Of a DNA stretch of 58,017 nucleotides, positions 25,201 through 37,770 are shown piece after piece. Below the pieces are notes generated by a model. The model worked only from the letters and a program-made list of their open reading frames with translations, was not told the origin of the DNA and ran no database searches. Position 1 is the stretch's first letter, and each line of letters opens with the position of its first letter. A program made the translations under genes and the position numbers. This DNA is from Spirogloea muscicola (lineage: Eukaryota), in assembly GCA_009602725.1 (NCBI GenBank), contig WELB01000011.1, positions 462,597 through 520,613 of the forward strand. Reading direction: 5' to 3'.

Positions 25201-28200
25201 ATGAGCCACTCATGGGAGATGCAATTTTGAACAGGGGCGTGTAAATCCAACATCTGGGCGATTGCGTCTATGGCTGGCTGCCTCCCAATCCTGAAGGAAA
25301 AGAGGTTGTCAGCTCAACATGATTATGCTGCTGTAATGCATTCTCATCGAAATATGGAGTACACCAAAGCATACACCTAATTGAACTCCTCATTTGCGTC
25401 TCAAGTCAGGTGGTATTTGGATCATTTGAAGACTACCCTGCTCGGATAATCATCCTTCCACTGTCTGGAAGAGCTGGTGGGATCTCCAAATCTTCTTGCC
25501 GTTCCTTGCCGGCTGACATTACAAAGCTGGAAAAGAGCATGACATTCTCATGCAAAGCTTCCACCTGCACTATTGTTTCGACTTGATCCTCGACCTCGTG
25601 CCCCACAACAGCCTTGAAGTGTAAAACAGCGACACCAACAGCACGTGCGGAGAGATGGAACACGGCCTGCATGAGGAAGCCAATGGTTGTCATTGTAGAG
25701 GACTGAAGTGATGAGTAGCTAGCTAGCTCTGCAGGCATGGGCTTCTCAACACAACTGTTGAAGCCTTGCTCTGAGTTTCATATTCACATGAAACAGTCTC
25801 TACGTGTCAACTACATTGCATGTGATAAGATGGTGAGGAGATACAAAAAGCATTTGTGCTTTCCGAGCAACTTTGAATGGGGTTGTGCACCTGTAAAGCA
25901 CTGCAACTAATTACCTCTCCTGTTGCTGGCCCCAGGATGTACTTAAATATAGTAGTATCACCCACAGTGCTTACCCCGCTCGTTGTCAACACTATTGTGA
26001 CGTTAACACCCTTCTGTGGTGTATGATTGTCCAATCTAACATTCACTCCTGCCTCAAATACGTCTCCAAGCCTGACCAGTTTGGGGGCAGAAGCTCGAAG
26101 TGCGATTGATCTTCTCACTACCATCTGTGCCTCTGCAGAAGCAAACCTGTGGTCTTCGGTAGCTGCATAGGCATGAATAGCTATCGAACGCACATTGGCA
26201 GGTAGCTGGAAGGTGACAGCCACCTGCAATTAAAGAGTGAGCTATATATAGGTTATTGATTGCCAGATCGTTGATTTGTTTGTGCCTTCCAGAGCAATTG
26301 CTAGACCACATGTGAGCAGCAAATTGACTAACGCTGGAATATTGGTCATGCCTTGCTTACCTTGCCAAGCTTGTCAGAAACGACCTGGGTTGCAAATAGT
26401 ATCGTGGAATTGAAGTGTGTTCTCCTTCTGAAGAGGACATCATCATTCTCGTCCTGAATGAGTGTGATGCCATCGTTGAAATGATACATCTTCTCATCTG
26501 CCCACTTGGCAGAATTTCCACGGTTGAAAATTGCATCAGCTACACCAAAAGCATCGCGGCTCCTCGTCAAGTCAGCTGCTCATATTGAAACAAGGCAAGG
26601 TTGAGCTTTTGGTGACAGGTGTCTACAACTCTGTCCTTCAAGCCATACCCGTCATGTGCTGAAAGTCAAAGCTATGGTGGCAGCCACTTACATTAGCCCA
26701 GGCATGCCAATCCAGCGCAGATTCGGCGATTTTAGAATTCAGTTTAGACCAAACCTGTCTCACCAGAAAGGCTGGAAGTAAATTGCATCAAGGCCTCGTT
26801 TACATCCATGTCAATGACTCTCTTGTGGCAGAAATCAGCTCTGAAGGGCTCCAACAGATTGTTTCCGCGGCAGAGGTCTTGAACACTGTGAAAGACAAGT
26901 CCAAGTCTCAAGTGAAGTTAGTATCAATTGCTCCTTCCTGTAAGCCTTCTTTCATTGAGCACAGCTAGGTCCCCAGCATCAGCAGGTTTCGATGGTTACT
27001 TCAGAGTAGACACAAATCATCTGCAATCTCACGCAGTAGTAGGCCCTATTTGACGAGGTAACAAGCTGTGCACATACACAAGCCCAGGTTCAAGATTCTT
27101 CAGCTGCTCAAATTTCTTGACGACAGTCTGGAGGTACTTAGGCGCCAGCAGGTGTTCCTGTGTTGACACCACTAGCGCTTCATACATTCTGCCATTGCTG
27201 ACACTTGCTGTGTCAAGTCTTTCCTGAAGTGGTGATTGTGCCGTTCCTAAAGTGGCTTTGTCCACAGCGACGACCGTCAGTTCAACATCAGATTCTGGTA
27301 GGCCACGGCAAGATATGCCAATGTCCACTGTCACTTCAGTGTCCGGCAGAAGTTCTCCTTCAGGAACAGACTGCGCATGCTTGCACAAAAAAGCTACCGG
27401 CTGATTATCTGAGATATTTCTGCAGTTTGGAACAAGGACTTGTTCACCGGAGAGAAGATATCATGCTTCTCATTTTGTATCAAACCATGCCTGTGCAATA
27501 TGACCAGAGTCACAGGGACTAACCAAGTCGACATCCAACGCTCCATCTATCTGCCGGATGGGTAGTATCAAGAACATGCTGTGGGTGGTGGGAGCATTGA
27601 TGTCAAATGTTGCACTTGAAGGGATAGTTGCTAATCTGTTGGATAATAGTGTGGATTTTTGTCGAGGAACTGCTACAAGCTACCACACACAGGAGCAAGC
27701 ACAGCTTAGCAGAGATCATGTCATCTTCAAGCCAGAGGTCAGGCAAGCCCGTTTATGCAACTTAGCAACCGATAGAAGACTGCCAGAACTTACAATCTGC
27801 AGTGCACAGCCTTCTCTGCACTCATCTCCAATTGTGATAGAAATCGAGGTTCTTGGGAATCCATGCAGCTGGAAGGTCTTCATCTGTTGTCCATGCGTTG
27901 GTCCCCACATTGCCAGGGCCCAAGCATTTATGTATGGTGTATCGAAGGAGACCACCGCTGTGTCTCCCATACTGTATTCCTCTTTGTCCAGTGTGCTTAT
28001 GAAACGGCCATGCCTGGACAAAGGGCAGTCTTTCCATTGCTGCAATAGAAAGGATGTGTGACTGTAAGTGCTGCAGCTAGTAAGCCAGATCATATCCTTT
28101 TATGTCAATGTCAAGGTGTAATAGTATCTATGCAAGACTACCCACCCACTCGTTACCATGTATTCACCTGCTTGGAAGACCCTAGTTGAAGGGCACTGCA

Positions 28201-31200
28201 TATCTCCACGCCAGATGCATCATTGAGGCAACCTCTCAGAAGATACTGGGCCATCTTGCGCATCTGGAAGCTGCACAGGGAACCTGCATGATGATGACCA
28301 GATTCCTGTAGCCTGCTAAGTGGATCCAGAGTCGTCGCATTGGTGAGGCAAGTAGAGACTTCCTTCAGTTGCGACATGCCATTCTTGCCTGTCCGGTTGA
28401 CCAGCAATGTCATTGTAACCACTGGTGAGTATGCATCTTCAACCAAAAGGGATCGATTCGTCAACGCTCTTTCCAAAAGCACTTGAACACCTGCACGGAA
28501 GGTAGTGAGTGAGCAATGCTGGTGAGTGTGGCATCCTTGGTGTCATTCCCGCAACATACATGCATTGAAAGTCCAGACGCTCTGCGTATTCATGTGATTC
28601 CATATCATGGATTGCACCTTCTGCCTCCCTCTAAGTCATGAGCAGCGGATATAGCTTGTGTTCTCACCAAAGTGTTGCCCAGGCAAAGGGAAACTCTGTG
28701 TGAGCAGTAGTGTGAGACTGAGCTTGCTCTTGGCTATGGGTATGTACAGGTTCCTGACAACCATCTCCCCGCTAGGGCCCACAACTGTTGCTGTCAGCCA
28801 AAGAGATTGTTGTGTGAGCTCTTGGCTAGCTATGTGCAGCCTGAAGACGGCCAAGCCCTCTGCCGTGGAAGCCATGGAGGCTGAGCCAGAGTTGGTTGAG
28901 GTCTTGTTGTCACTTTCCTTAGCAGCACAATCCCCTTCCATGAAAGTGATCAAAGGCCTGTCCTCCATTGCAGTGTCTTGTTGGGAGCTAGGAGCTATTG
29001 TCACTTCCCAATCAACTTGGATCATTGCACCCGCCACAGGTGCACCTGTGTAGGTCCTTATCTTTGCAGTAAAATTCAGACACTCTCCAGGTATTGCCAC
29101 TACTTGATCCGCAACGAGGTCAAGCATCACAACAGGTGCTTGCTCTCCAAGTACATGGAAAACAGTTGAGGTCAGTCTCACCAATAAATGGTCATCAAGA
29201 ATGCTTGAGTCTTGCCCTGCCTGCAGCTCTGCTGTTGCTCCTGTCGTGTTGCCCATGCGCTGCTCATATGCTGCAGTACGCCAGTTAAGCCTGTCATCTT
29301 CCTGAGAATCACTACCCCTCATCTCTTCTTCAACATCTTCACGTGAATATTGTGGCTCTTGCCACGTTGCAGGCTGCATGGAGGGCTCCATGGCCGTTGC
29401 CTCGGGTGTCCTAACAAGCTCCATAACGTATGAGCCAGGCGTGGTGCCAGCTGGTATGTGGAACTCCTCCGAGAAGCTTCCATAAACTGGATCAAGTACA
29501 ACTGGATGCCATTTGAAGGTGGTTGATGGCCTCACTCCAACATAGAAATTGGCCGTCAAGGATGAAAGCTGCAGCTGAGGATCACAACACAGACACGTAA
29601 AAGCTCACTTGCAAAATCGCTCAGTCAAGTCGACTCCGCCGCATAGTACAATTTGATAGGGTGCCTAGCCACAAATCTCATGGACGCTGACTTACACCTC
29701 TATCCTGCAATTGCGGATGCAAGATGCCATTAGACTACTGCAGACAAAATCAATTGATGTACAGGGCCTGCTCATGCGTAATCAGAGGGTATTGCAATCG
29801 CACCTCAGAATGCTTCACTTGGTGCACATACCCTTTCACCATTAAGCTCTCATTCGCATAGTACATAAGTCGATCCAGTATCAGAACGGCTGTATGACGG
29901 TCTGTTTCGCCATGCTGGTCAAGACACTGGTATGGCATTGGTAGGTGGATTGATAGGGTGATGGCCTTCATATCATGCAGAATGTAAGCACAATAACTCG
30001 ACTCGGAGCACTCCGGTAGCTTGAAGGTTGCCAGCCCCTCCTCATCTGTGCTCCTTCTGGACATGTTCTGTCCTCTGTTGTACTCCCACGAATTGTGCTG
30101 CAACTGTGATGAACCCATGAAACCATCACTATGCTTTATGTAGGTAGGTTGCATGTTAGAATGACAAGCTTAGGAATAAGCACTACCTGCTCATCTGCAC
30201 TCCTTGGCGCATGTCTGTATGATCAAGAGAGCAGTTGACTATTTGCTGGTCATTTGGGCTCACACAATGTGGAATCAATGATTGACGGCATCCTCTAGGT
30301 ATGCATAGTCGTGGCTATAGCCTATTCTCAAGTTGGGTCATACATGCTACAGCATAGTGACATGGTAATTACGTGGCAGAGCAGACAGCATTAAGGGTAA
30401 AGAGGCACCGAGGCTTGGATGTGTAAGGCAGCTATTGACCTTTATTAAGTGGACTTGCGCTCCCCTAATGGGGCTCCCTGTCTTGAGATCAACCACCCAA
30501 AAGTGAACGTCCCGGTCATCGAAGAAGTATGAAGCCCCAAGGCCTGTCTCCCCTATTGTGTGAAGTCTGTTATCTACTACATTCTCCTCCACTATGTCCT
30601 GCTCTAGCATTTGCAGTGTGAAAAGCCTGCACTTGGCAACTGTGAGAACAGTCATGACATGCTTTATCCATCCTCCTTATGATGCATCTGTAATGTGGAG
30701 AGCCTGCCCAAGTATGGTGTGACTTGATTCAGTTAAATGCCCTGTAGTTACTGCTCAGATGATTTTGGGGCCTGTGCTTTGTAGTCCCTTCGAAGTCCTG
30801 CATTGGTGACATCTTGCAGCACGGGTGTTGTGAAATAGTTTCTATGAAGTTGCACAATGGTAGCAGCAGTAGTTGGAGGAAGAGAAGGCACCCTGAAGTC
30901 CTGAGGAGCCTACTAGCATTGACAGGTGCAATCTGCATTGCCTCCTCAGACATAAGGTCAACCTGCCAAAAGACAAACAGCCACTGTAAGACATTTCCAG
31001 AGGCATTCTGTAAAGAAAGGCGCAGATTCATATAAAACGTGACCTTATGTTGAATGCTTGAGGGTGTATTACCCCTGAAAGAAAAGCAAAATTAAGATGC
31101 TTAACAAGAAGAGGCTCACAGACAGGTCAGGAGGATGTCTTGAGGCTCCCATCGTGTGCCACTCATGGAGGCCAGGATCTAGGCTCCACTTCCTTAGTGT

Positions 31201-34200
31201 GCTTATGTTACTCTCAATATTCCAAGCTCTCACAGACAGCAAGCTGAGATATGTGTCAGATGGTAGCTGCTCCTTGATGCTGCTGCAAAATCTTCAGTCC
31301 AAGAAGTGCTCTAAAGGTTTCTGCATAGACTCTGTGAAGGCAGAGTAGCAGCAACAGCGCAGCTCCTAGTGGCATGAAGAGACCTTGTTGCACGAAACTC
31401 TTCAGGCCTTTGGGTGCAGATGGGCCAAGTACCATCCCAACCTGTTCCCTCCTCCAATAAAGCTCCATGTTCTGCCACTGCAAATGTACATCACGTCAGG
31501 ACTCTTTGGGTTCTGACAGCAGCCTGCCAACATCTGATGACACTATACTGGCTTGTGTAAGGAGGGGCAATCTGGTGCTCTGACAGCAGAACAAAGATGA
31601 CTTGTCATACCGTAACCGCCCCAGGAGAACTGCGGATTGTTTCCAGCATCTTTGAAGAGCAGAGATGCATTGCCCATGTTGAAGATGATACTTGAACTCT
31701 CCAGAGGTTGCCCGTATCCATCTGTCACAAGGCTCGTGTTTCGGACGAAGAGTTTCTGTCATGCAGATCAAAGATCAGCTAGTATGCAATAGCAGTAGTA
31801 TGATGAGTTTGATTAAGATGCAACATTGATCAATGACACTGGTGTGGCAGACACACTGGTGTGACATACGCTCAATGGTGATGACGCCTTAGACAGGAGT
31901 AATGGACAAAGACAAGCTCTTGGGATCAATCAGACAATTCATGCTCACATATTTGCGCCCGCATTCCAATGGAGTGTAAATACAGAGGGAGCCTGCTGAT
32001 AAGCGTGACACATTGATAGGCAGTGGCATGCCATGAGTCCCCTTTCCTGTCACCTCTTGCACAACAAAAGCTTCCCTCAATGCCCTCCTTGTCACAGCTG
32101 TCCCTAGTCCATGTGGGAGGTTGAGCACAAGGCGACGATAGCTGATGCACTCACAATAGCAAAATCAGAAAATCAGCAAATCAACCCCGATGCTGACTAC
32201 CATGTCAGCGAACGTTCCCCTAACTGATGACATGCCGTGCCACACTCAGTATAAGATGCAAGTTGACATAGAAATTGCAACAGTTTGAGGTAACCCTTAC
32301 AAGACTGTGTTGTAATAGCTCAGACGTCGTCGCATCTTCCTTGAAAACGAGTAACGGCCGCTGATATCTCTGAGCTGCCTTGTCTCCTTTGAAAGTGGGA
32401 TAAAGAATCTGCAGAGTCCTGTGATCTTGACAGTGAAGGGGGTGCTCATTGGTCCTCCGAGTGGGTGAAGCCTTGCACCCTCTGCAAAGGTCAGATTGTA
32501 CTCTGACCCCCACTGTAATGCACCTTCTACAGAGCTTGATGTCAGCTACACAATCACAACCAATTGTTCATATTGATGGGGCCTATGGTCCTGAGAGGAC
32601 CACCCATAACGGTTTTCTCTCTGCATCATGCTGTATGGCTTCCATGGCGAAGCTAGCCAATCTGGCGGATCTTGCCACTTTGTGATGTTGATCACAAATT
32701 GATTCGTAGCAGCCCCAGAAGTGGGCAATATCTGGCAAGAACGCAGTGGTAACATTGCTGCAAATCAGAGATAGGTGGGGTCCTTCCAGAGCAACTATTG
32801 TTATGTGGGTTACCAGACCTGCACCACCTAGCAGCTCCGATTATGTCATTGGAGGTGGAAGCTAGACGCCACACTTCTTGGCTGAGGGCGGAACCCATAC
32901 CCTTAAGGCCTCTTGCACCCGTCCAATGTTGACAGCGCTTGAGAATGTGAGGACAATTCTGCACCAAAGCAGCCATTCGCTTAATTATAAAGACAGGGGA
33001 ACACTGGAGAACAGCCAGACCAATTGCAACCTCTTGAGTATGGGAGATGGACACAGACTTGATCCTTGTGAACTCAAGGGATGTTGCCGTAAGAGGGCTG
33101 CGCTTGCAGTGAAGAGGCAGGATGATACGATACCTTCCATCAGGGGGTACTTCATGAGTGCCTGACAGTTCCTCATGACGGCCGTTGTAGCAATGCTGGC
33201 TTGACCACATGCCACCCTGCAAAAGTAGCATGTTACAGCATGTTGCACACAATCGAGTTGCAGCTTGGTGCACGGAGGTTGAGGCCATATGTCATGCATA
33301 TTACACGTATGTATGTCATACAAATCAGTATGTCACCCAAATTAAATCTTCATGCTTTACGTACTGTGAAGTTGGTAGCACTGGTGGATAGAACGGTGGC
33401 CACACTGATTTTCAAGGGCCTTGTGTGAAGTATCAGCTTGTGGTCCCACAACCCGACAGTATCCAGCCTGCAGTCACATGTTGCCTGACCATTCAGTTGC
33501 TATCACACATAAGCTGGATCAGGTGAGTCATGCCTAAGTATTCAAAATTTTCAGCAACGTGAATCCGAGGCCTGAGCAGTTCAATCACTCAGAACCGTCG
33601 AAAGAGGTGTAGTTACGACAAAGATTCAGTGCGACGGTCAAATCAGGAGGCCAGGTTTCATCAGGGTCAAATCTGTATACTGAGGTAGAGACCCTGCATC
33701 AAGCGGGTGAAGTGTTTCTGAGGAGTGGACAAAGAGATGACATTCAGTCACGCAAGGTTGAAAAAGTGGCCTCAATGGTACATGGGAATCTGACAATCTG
33801 AAGCTTCTAGGTCAGCAGCAACATACGTGCACCACACGAAGACATATGTGGACCCAGCACTGATGCTGCAAGTTGGGAGGGATGTGGCTGACCAGTGGAA
33901 TTTGCCAGCAATTGGCTCAGAAAGATGAAAAGGTTGTTGACCTCCGCTACTGCTATGGTCGGCACCCAGTGCTAGGGCAGCCTTTGTGAAGGTCATCTGC
34001 ACTCATTGCGACTGAGTTGGCTGCAGGTATTCGAAACGGAGCGGTTACTACGCATCTGTTTGCTGCAAACAGATGCCCTGATGCAAATCTGTCAGCTCAA
34101 CCATTGAGCTGAGAGTACTGGAGAACTCCTGCTTGACATGAGAATATGGCCATCTCATCATAAGAGCCTCAGCAAGATACACCACCCTTCCAGGATAGAT

Positions 34201-35001
34201 TGTGTGAAACACGTGCAATGACTCACGGTAATCGGTGTCAACCCATCCAGTTTAGGTCGTGACATGTCGTTCGTTGGTGTTGGCTCAATTGACAGTATCC
34301 TGAAAGGGAGCAAGCCTGTAGCAGCAGGCAGGAGGCAGGGGGACATACTTGAGAACAGGCTGAAACAGATGCAGGTGCTTCAGCTGAGCAAAGTAGCAGC
34401 ACAGTCTGTCTGTAAATCAGCGTGCATGGGTTGGCATATCCTATGCCCTTGCTTCATCTCAGCAGCTCAGAAGGGCAGGTGACTCTGCAGCACCACGGCA
34501 CGCTCAGTTAAGCTACACGGCAATCTGCTGATGACGCAGAGCCCCTTGGGTCACTGCGTTACCAGCTCCAGGACGAGTGCAGCTGACAACAATCAGAAAG
34601 TACAGGCCTGCAGTAGCAGCGCCACCAGCCCCTGCACGGCCCGAGAGAAGTTAGGAGAAGCTCAATTGCCAACTTAAGCACTCGGCGGAAAAGGACTGAC
34701 GTCGCGGCTCTATGGCGGCAATACACCAAGCAGCGGCTACAGCAAGTGCGCAACAGCGAGTGTGCTGTCACTGTGGAGCGTCGGTGTTCACAGTGGCATT
34801 CGCTTCGCTCCTCGCTCTAAGCTCCAACGGTATTTCAATGACGATGCAGCAGGCGACTGGAGCGCAGCTGCAGTCCGGCTGCTTGCGCAACGGAGCTGGC
34901 CTCCCGGGCCCAAGGCGACACCAGCATTCTCAAGCGGCAGGCCGCACTCGGCTGCGAGGCTCACCCGGCCAGCCGGTGGGAGAACGACGGCGCGACGACA
35001 T
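22222..35001 (-). CDS. Large multi-exon alpha-2-macroglobulin-like protein (bacterial A2M/MG-domain type) with C-terminal EGF-like module and TM anchor
   Basis: Ordered motifs on exons: TFTKAALALG..PF..GKFHW..YRFDPDETWPPDL; HFWVVDLKTGSPIRGAQV; STDEEGLATF; LILDRLMYYANESLMVKGYV (MG2-like); RTYTGAPVAGAMI; LDKEEYSMGDTAVVSFDTPY; ELTVVAVDKATL; RRTHFNSTILF; FQLPANV..HAYAA..APKLVRLGD; GTYTYSYKVLATTVGHFSLPP..PEVMG (MG10-like); CSGHGVC..CICDKFFQGADC; hydrophobic MIFSSGMVVILAAYLFY with a basic tail. The start at 35001 and several exon boundaries are tentative. Confidence 0.85.
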
Positions 35002-35184
35002 GGTCGCAGCGGCGCCCCGAGCTGCCCGCGGCGGCGAGCTCGCCGCCGCCGAGGCCGTGGCGGGGCGGGACAGCCACCACGATCAGGAGGCAGGCAGAGG
35101 CCGGGTCGATCTGTATCGTGGGAGTGGGCGAGGGGCTCTTGCCTTTTTCCACGACGGGCCTGGCGCGGAACGGGCATTGAGGAC

Positions 35185-35482
35185 CTTGGTCCGTTCTTTT
35201 GGGACTGGCTTTTCAAGGCCCTCCGCCCTTTTAGCGTGGTGCTTCCTCGAGTGCAGTGCGCTAGATGCTGTCTGTCACGACGTGTTACCTTGAATTGGCC
35301 TCCCTTTCACTTCATGCGCACCGCGCACGCCTTTGACTAGAGGTTACTGAGCGTTCCCTGGCTGATGTTTTAGTCCAAGTCCTTCGCACTCCGGCTCCTC
35401 CAGACCTTGTCCATTCCTTTGGGCTGGCCTTTCCCAGCCACCAGTCAATCTGGCCGCGCTCTCTTCTTGCACGCCTTCTCTC
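35185..35482 (+). mobile_element. Nested retroelement 3' ends (type B inside type D)
   Basis: Type B copy 35334-35468 is flanked by TSD GCACGCCTT (35325-35333 / 35469-35477) inside the type D motif aattggcctccc..ttcatgcgcaccgcgc..ccttctctc. Confidence 0.83.
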
Positions 35483-36441
35483 GCCTTTGGGGATTACAAA
35501 TGGCGGGGGCCTGGGCACGGGAGCCCGGACGGGGGGGCTGGCTAACCGGGTGCACCCCGCCCCGTCTTACCCTGTTAGCCGGGTCCAGCCCGGGTGCACC
35601 CCCCCCATTTGACCCCGTAGCCGGGTCCAGCCGGAGGCGGCCGGGTGGATATTCCCCACCAGCGTGTAGTGGCGGGCTGCGGCCCCGCGTGCGGGCTGGG
35701 TCGCGACCCCGTTGACTCCCTCCACCTCGCCCACTGACGGTGGATCCCCATCCCGCCGACTCTGGTTGCCCCAGGTCGCCACCAACCGTTGGCCGCCTCC
35801 CTGGCAATCGCCGCTTACTTGGCTCGATCGAGTCGGCTCTTCCGCCCATCGACGACACCTCGCGCCGTTTCGCTTGTCATAGCAGATACCTTCGCTTCTG
35901 ACAACCTTGAGCCGGCTGCGCCGCGCCGCCCACCCTGCTCCCCCTCCCCACCCCCCCCCCCCTCCCCCACTTGAGGTCACTGAGGTCCTTGTCCGAAGGT
36001 ACCTTGTCAAGTGCACCATCTACCTATGTCCACCCACTTGGCTAGCCTTCACAACCGTTTTGCCCAACATAGTAAGCGCTTGTTCTTACTCTCTGACACC
36101 TACGGCAAATCACACTACCAAGCTGTCATGCTCAGCTGTGTGCATATCTTTAAGTGTTGACTTCTTTATGCATCATATGATGCTGAAGTTGCAGACTGTA
36201 GGTTCGATTTGGAGGGTTGCCCAGATGAGCGGTACAGATTGCAGCACCTTTGCCATATGCAGTAAAGGTGCTGGCTTCATGAGCCGCTTGACCAAAAAAT
36301 TCTCTACATTCCAATACAGTTCCTCAAAGAATGTGCGCAGAAGTCATGGCTTGTGGTGCCTGTGCAGCAAACGTTTGTGTAGGATGTTCCATTCCACTGA
36401 CCCTCAGCTGACCACCATCAAAAGGCTGTGTTAGCTTTTGC

Positions 36442-37770
36442 TTAGGCAGCAGCATTGTCTTGCTGAGGATTAAAGTCAGGTGCTCCGCTGCTGCTGGCAC
36501 TGGGGTTGGTGCCAGGTAAGTGCAACCACCCAGATAAACCACGGCCCTTCAAGGAGGTCTCGATGGCCTCCATGCGCTGCTTCAATATCTCCACCTGCTG
36601 CTCCAGCTCTGCATCCTTGGCTTTCAATGCCTGCATTTGAGAGATGCAATGAAGTTGCTTCTCAAATCACTGAATATGTGGTAGTGTGTTCTGTGTCATG
36701 GTGGAAAGTGTTTCTTAGTCAGGACTGGGACCTATTGTAACCACTGTTCTTCCATTGCGGCCTTTTACGAAACTTGAACTTGCCACATGATTGCGCACAC
36801 CTCGCGCTCTTGTCGGCGAGCCTCCTCTTTTCTTGACTCAGAGATGGCACTTCTTGAGACTTCAAATATGACCACGCTTGTCCCCACCTGTGAGTGCACG
36901 CCAAAGTGCAGATATGTGCAGACATATTGAGAACGCACTGTGCAGAGAGGCTAGCGAGTGTGCTATCCTCCTAGGTCAATGTTGCTTGCCCACTCCAACG
37001 TGTTGCCCTAGCTCTCAGCAATCTGTAACCTGAAGCCCTTTGAATTTTACACACCTGCTTAAGCAAAGATGCTCTGCCACTTTTGCAATGTGAACCTTGC
37101 TGGGCATGGTGCAATACCGAGAAGATGATTAGCTCTCCAACTAGGTCTGCGGCAGTGGACACAGCCGCCTCCTCATTCATGGGCTTGACTGCTATGTCGG
37201 ATGTCACGCCATAGAGCTGCCTTTGCAAGCTGACATTAAGCTTGTGATACCCCTGCAGGTGCACGACACATCATCTTACTGGAACATTAGGGCAATCAAC
37301 TGTACGCAGTTGTGCAGTTGCCTAGACTTGAGCAGAAAATCACCATGCCACAAGAGGATCTATGTTGGTGCCTAGTACGCAGATACCATGACGAGACAGT
37401 ATGGACGCAGTTACTGATCAGTGGTGCCATGGCTCAAATACAAGCCAATACACAAGCAGTCAAGAGGCGCTGCAGGCCCATCGAATGTGGCCCTCTGTAC
37501 AGCACTTTCCCTTGGTGCTTTGATTCGGCTTATTCAAACAATGAGGTGCCAGGCCTGAATCGAGTTGCCAACTTGCAAAGTCGCATGGCTGTAGTACTGA
37601 AGACGAGTGGGAGCAAGCCAAGGGGAGGGGCCTTGACGTGCCTGCGCGAAGTTGACGATGGCTTCCCGGAACTTGGGGTGGCTAGCAGCGCGGCGCTTCA
37701 CCTGCGTGGCCAGCGGCTTGCTCAAGGTTCGCAGTAACAGTGTCCCAAGCTTCGCAAAGGGCAGAATCAT
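36442..37770 (-). CDS. OPA3: OPA3-like mitochondrial protein; 4 exons
   Basis: MILPFAKLGTLLLRTLSKPLATQVKRRAASHPKFR..-GYHKLNV..KPMNEEAAVSTAADLVGELIIFS-VGTSVVIFEVSRSA..KEEARRQE-ALKAKDAELEQQVE. Confidence 0.92.

Noticed and set aside
22222..35001. A2M-like gene as bacterial contamination
   Set aside because: It is split by many spliceosomal introns and is contiguous with eukaryotic genes.
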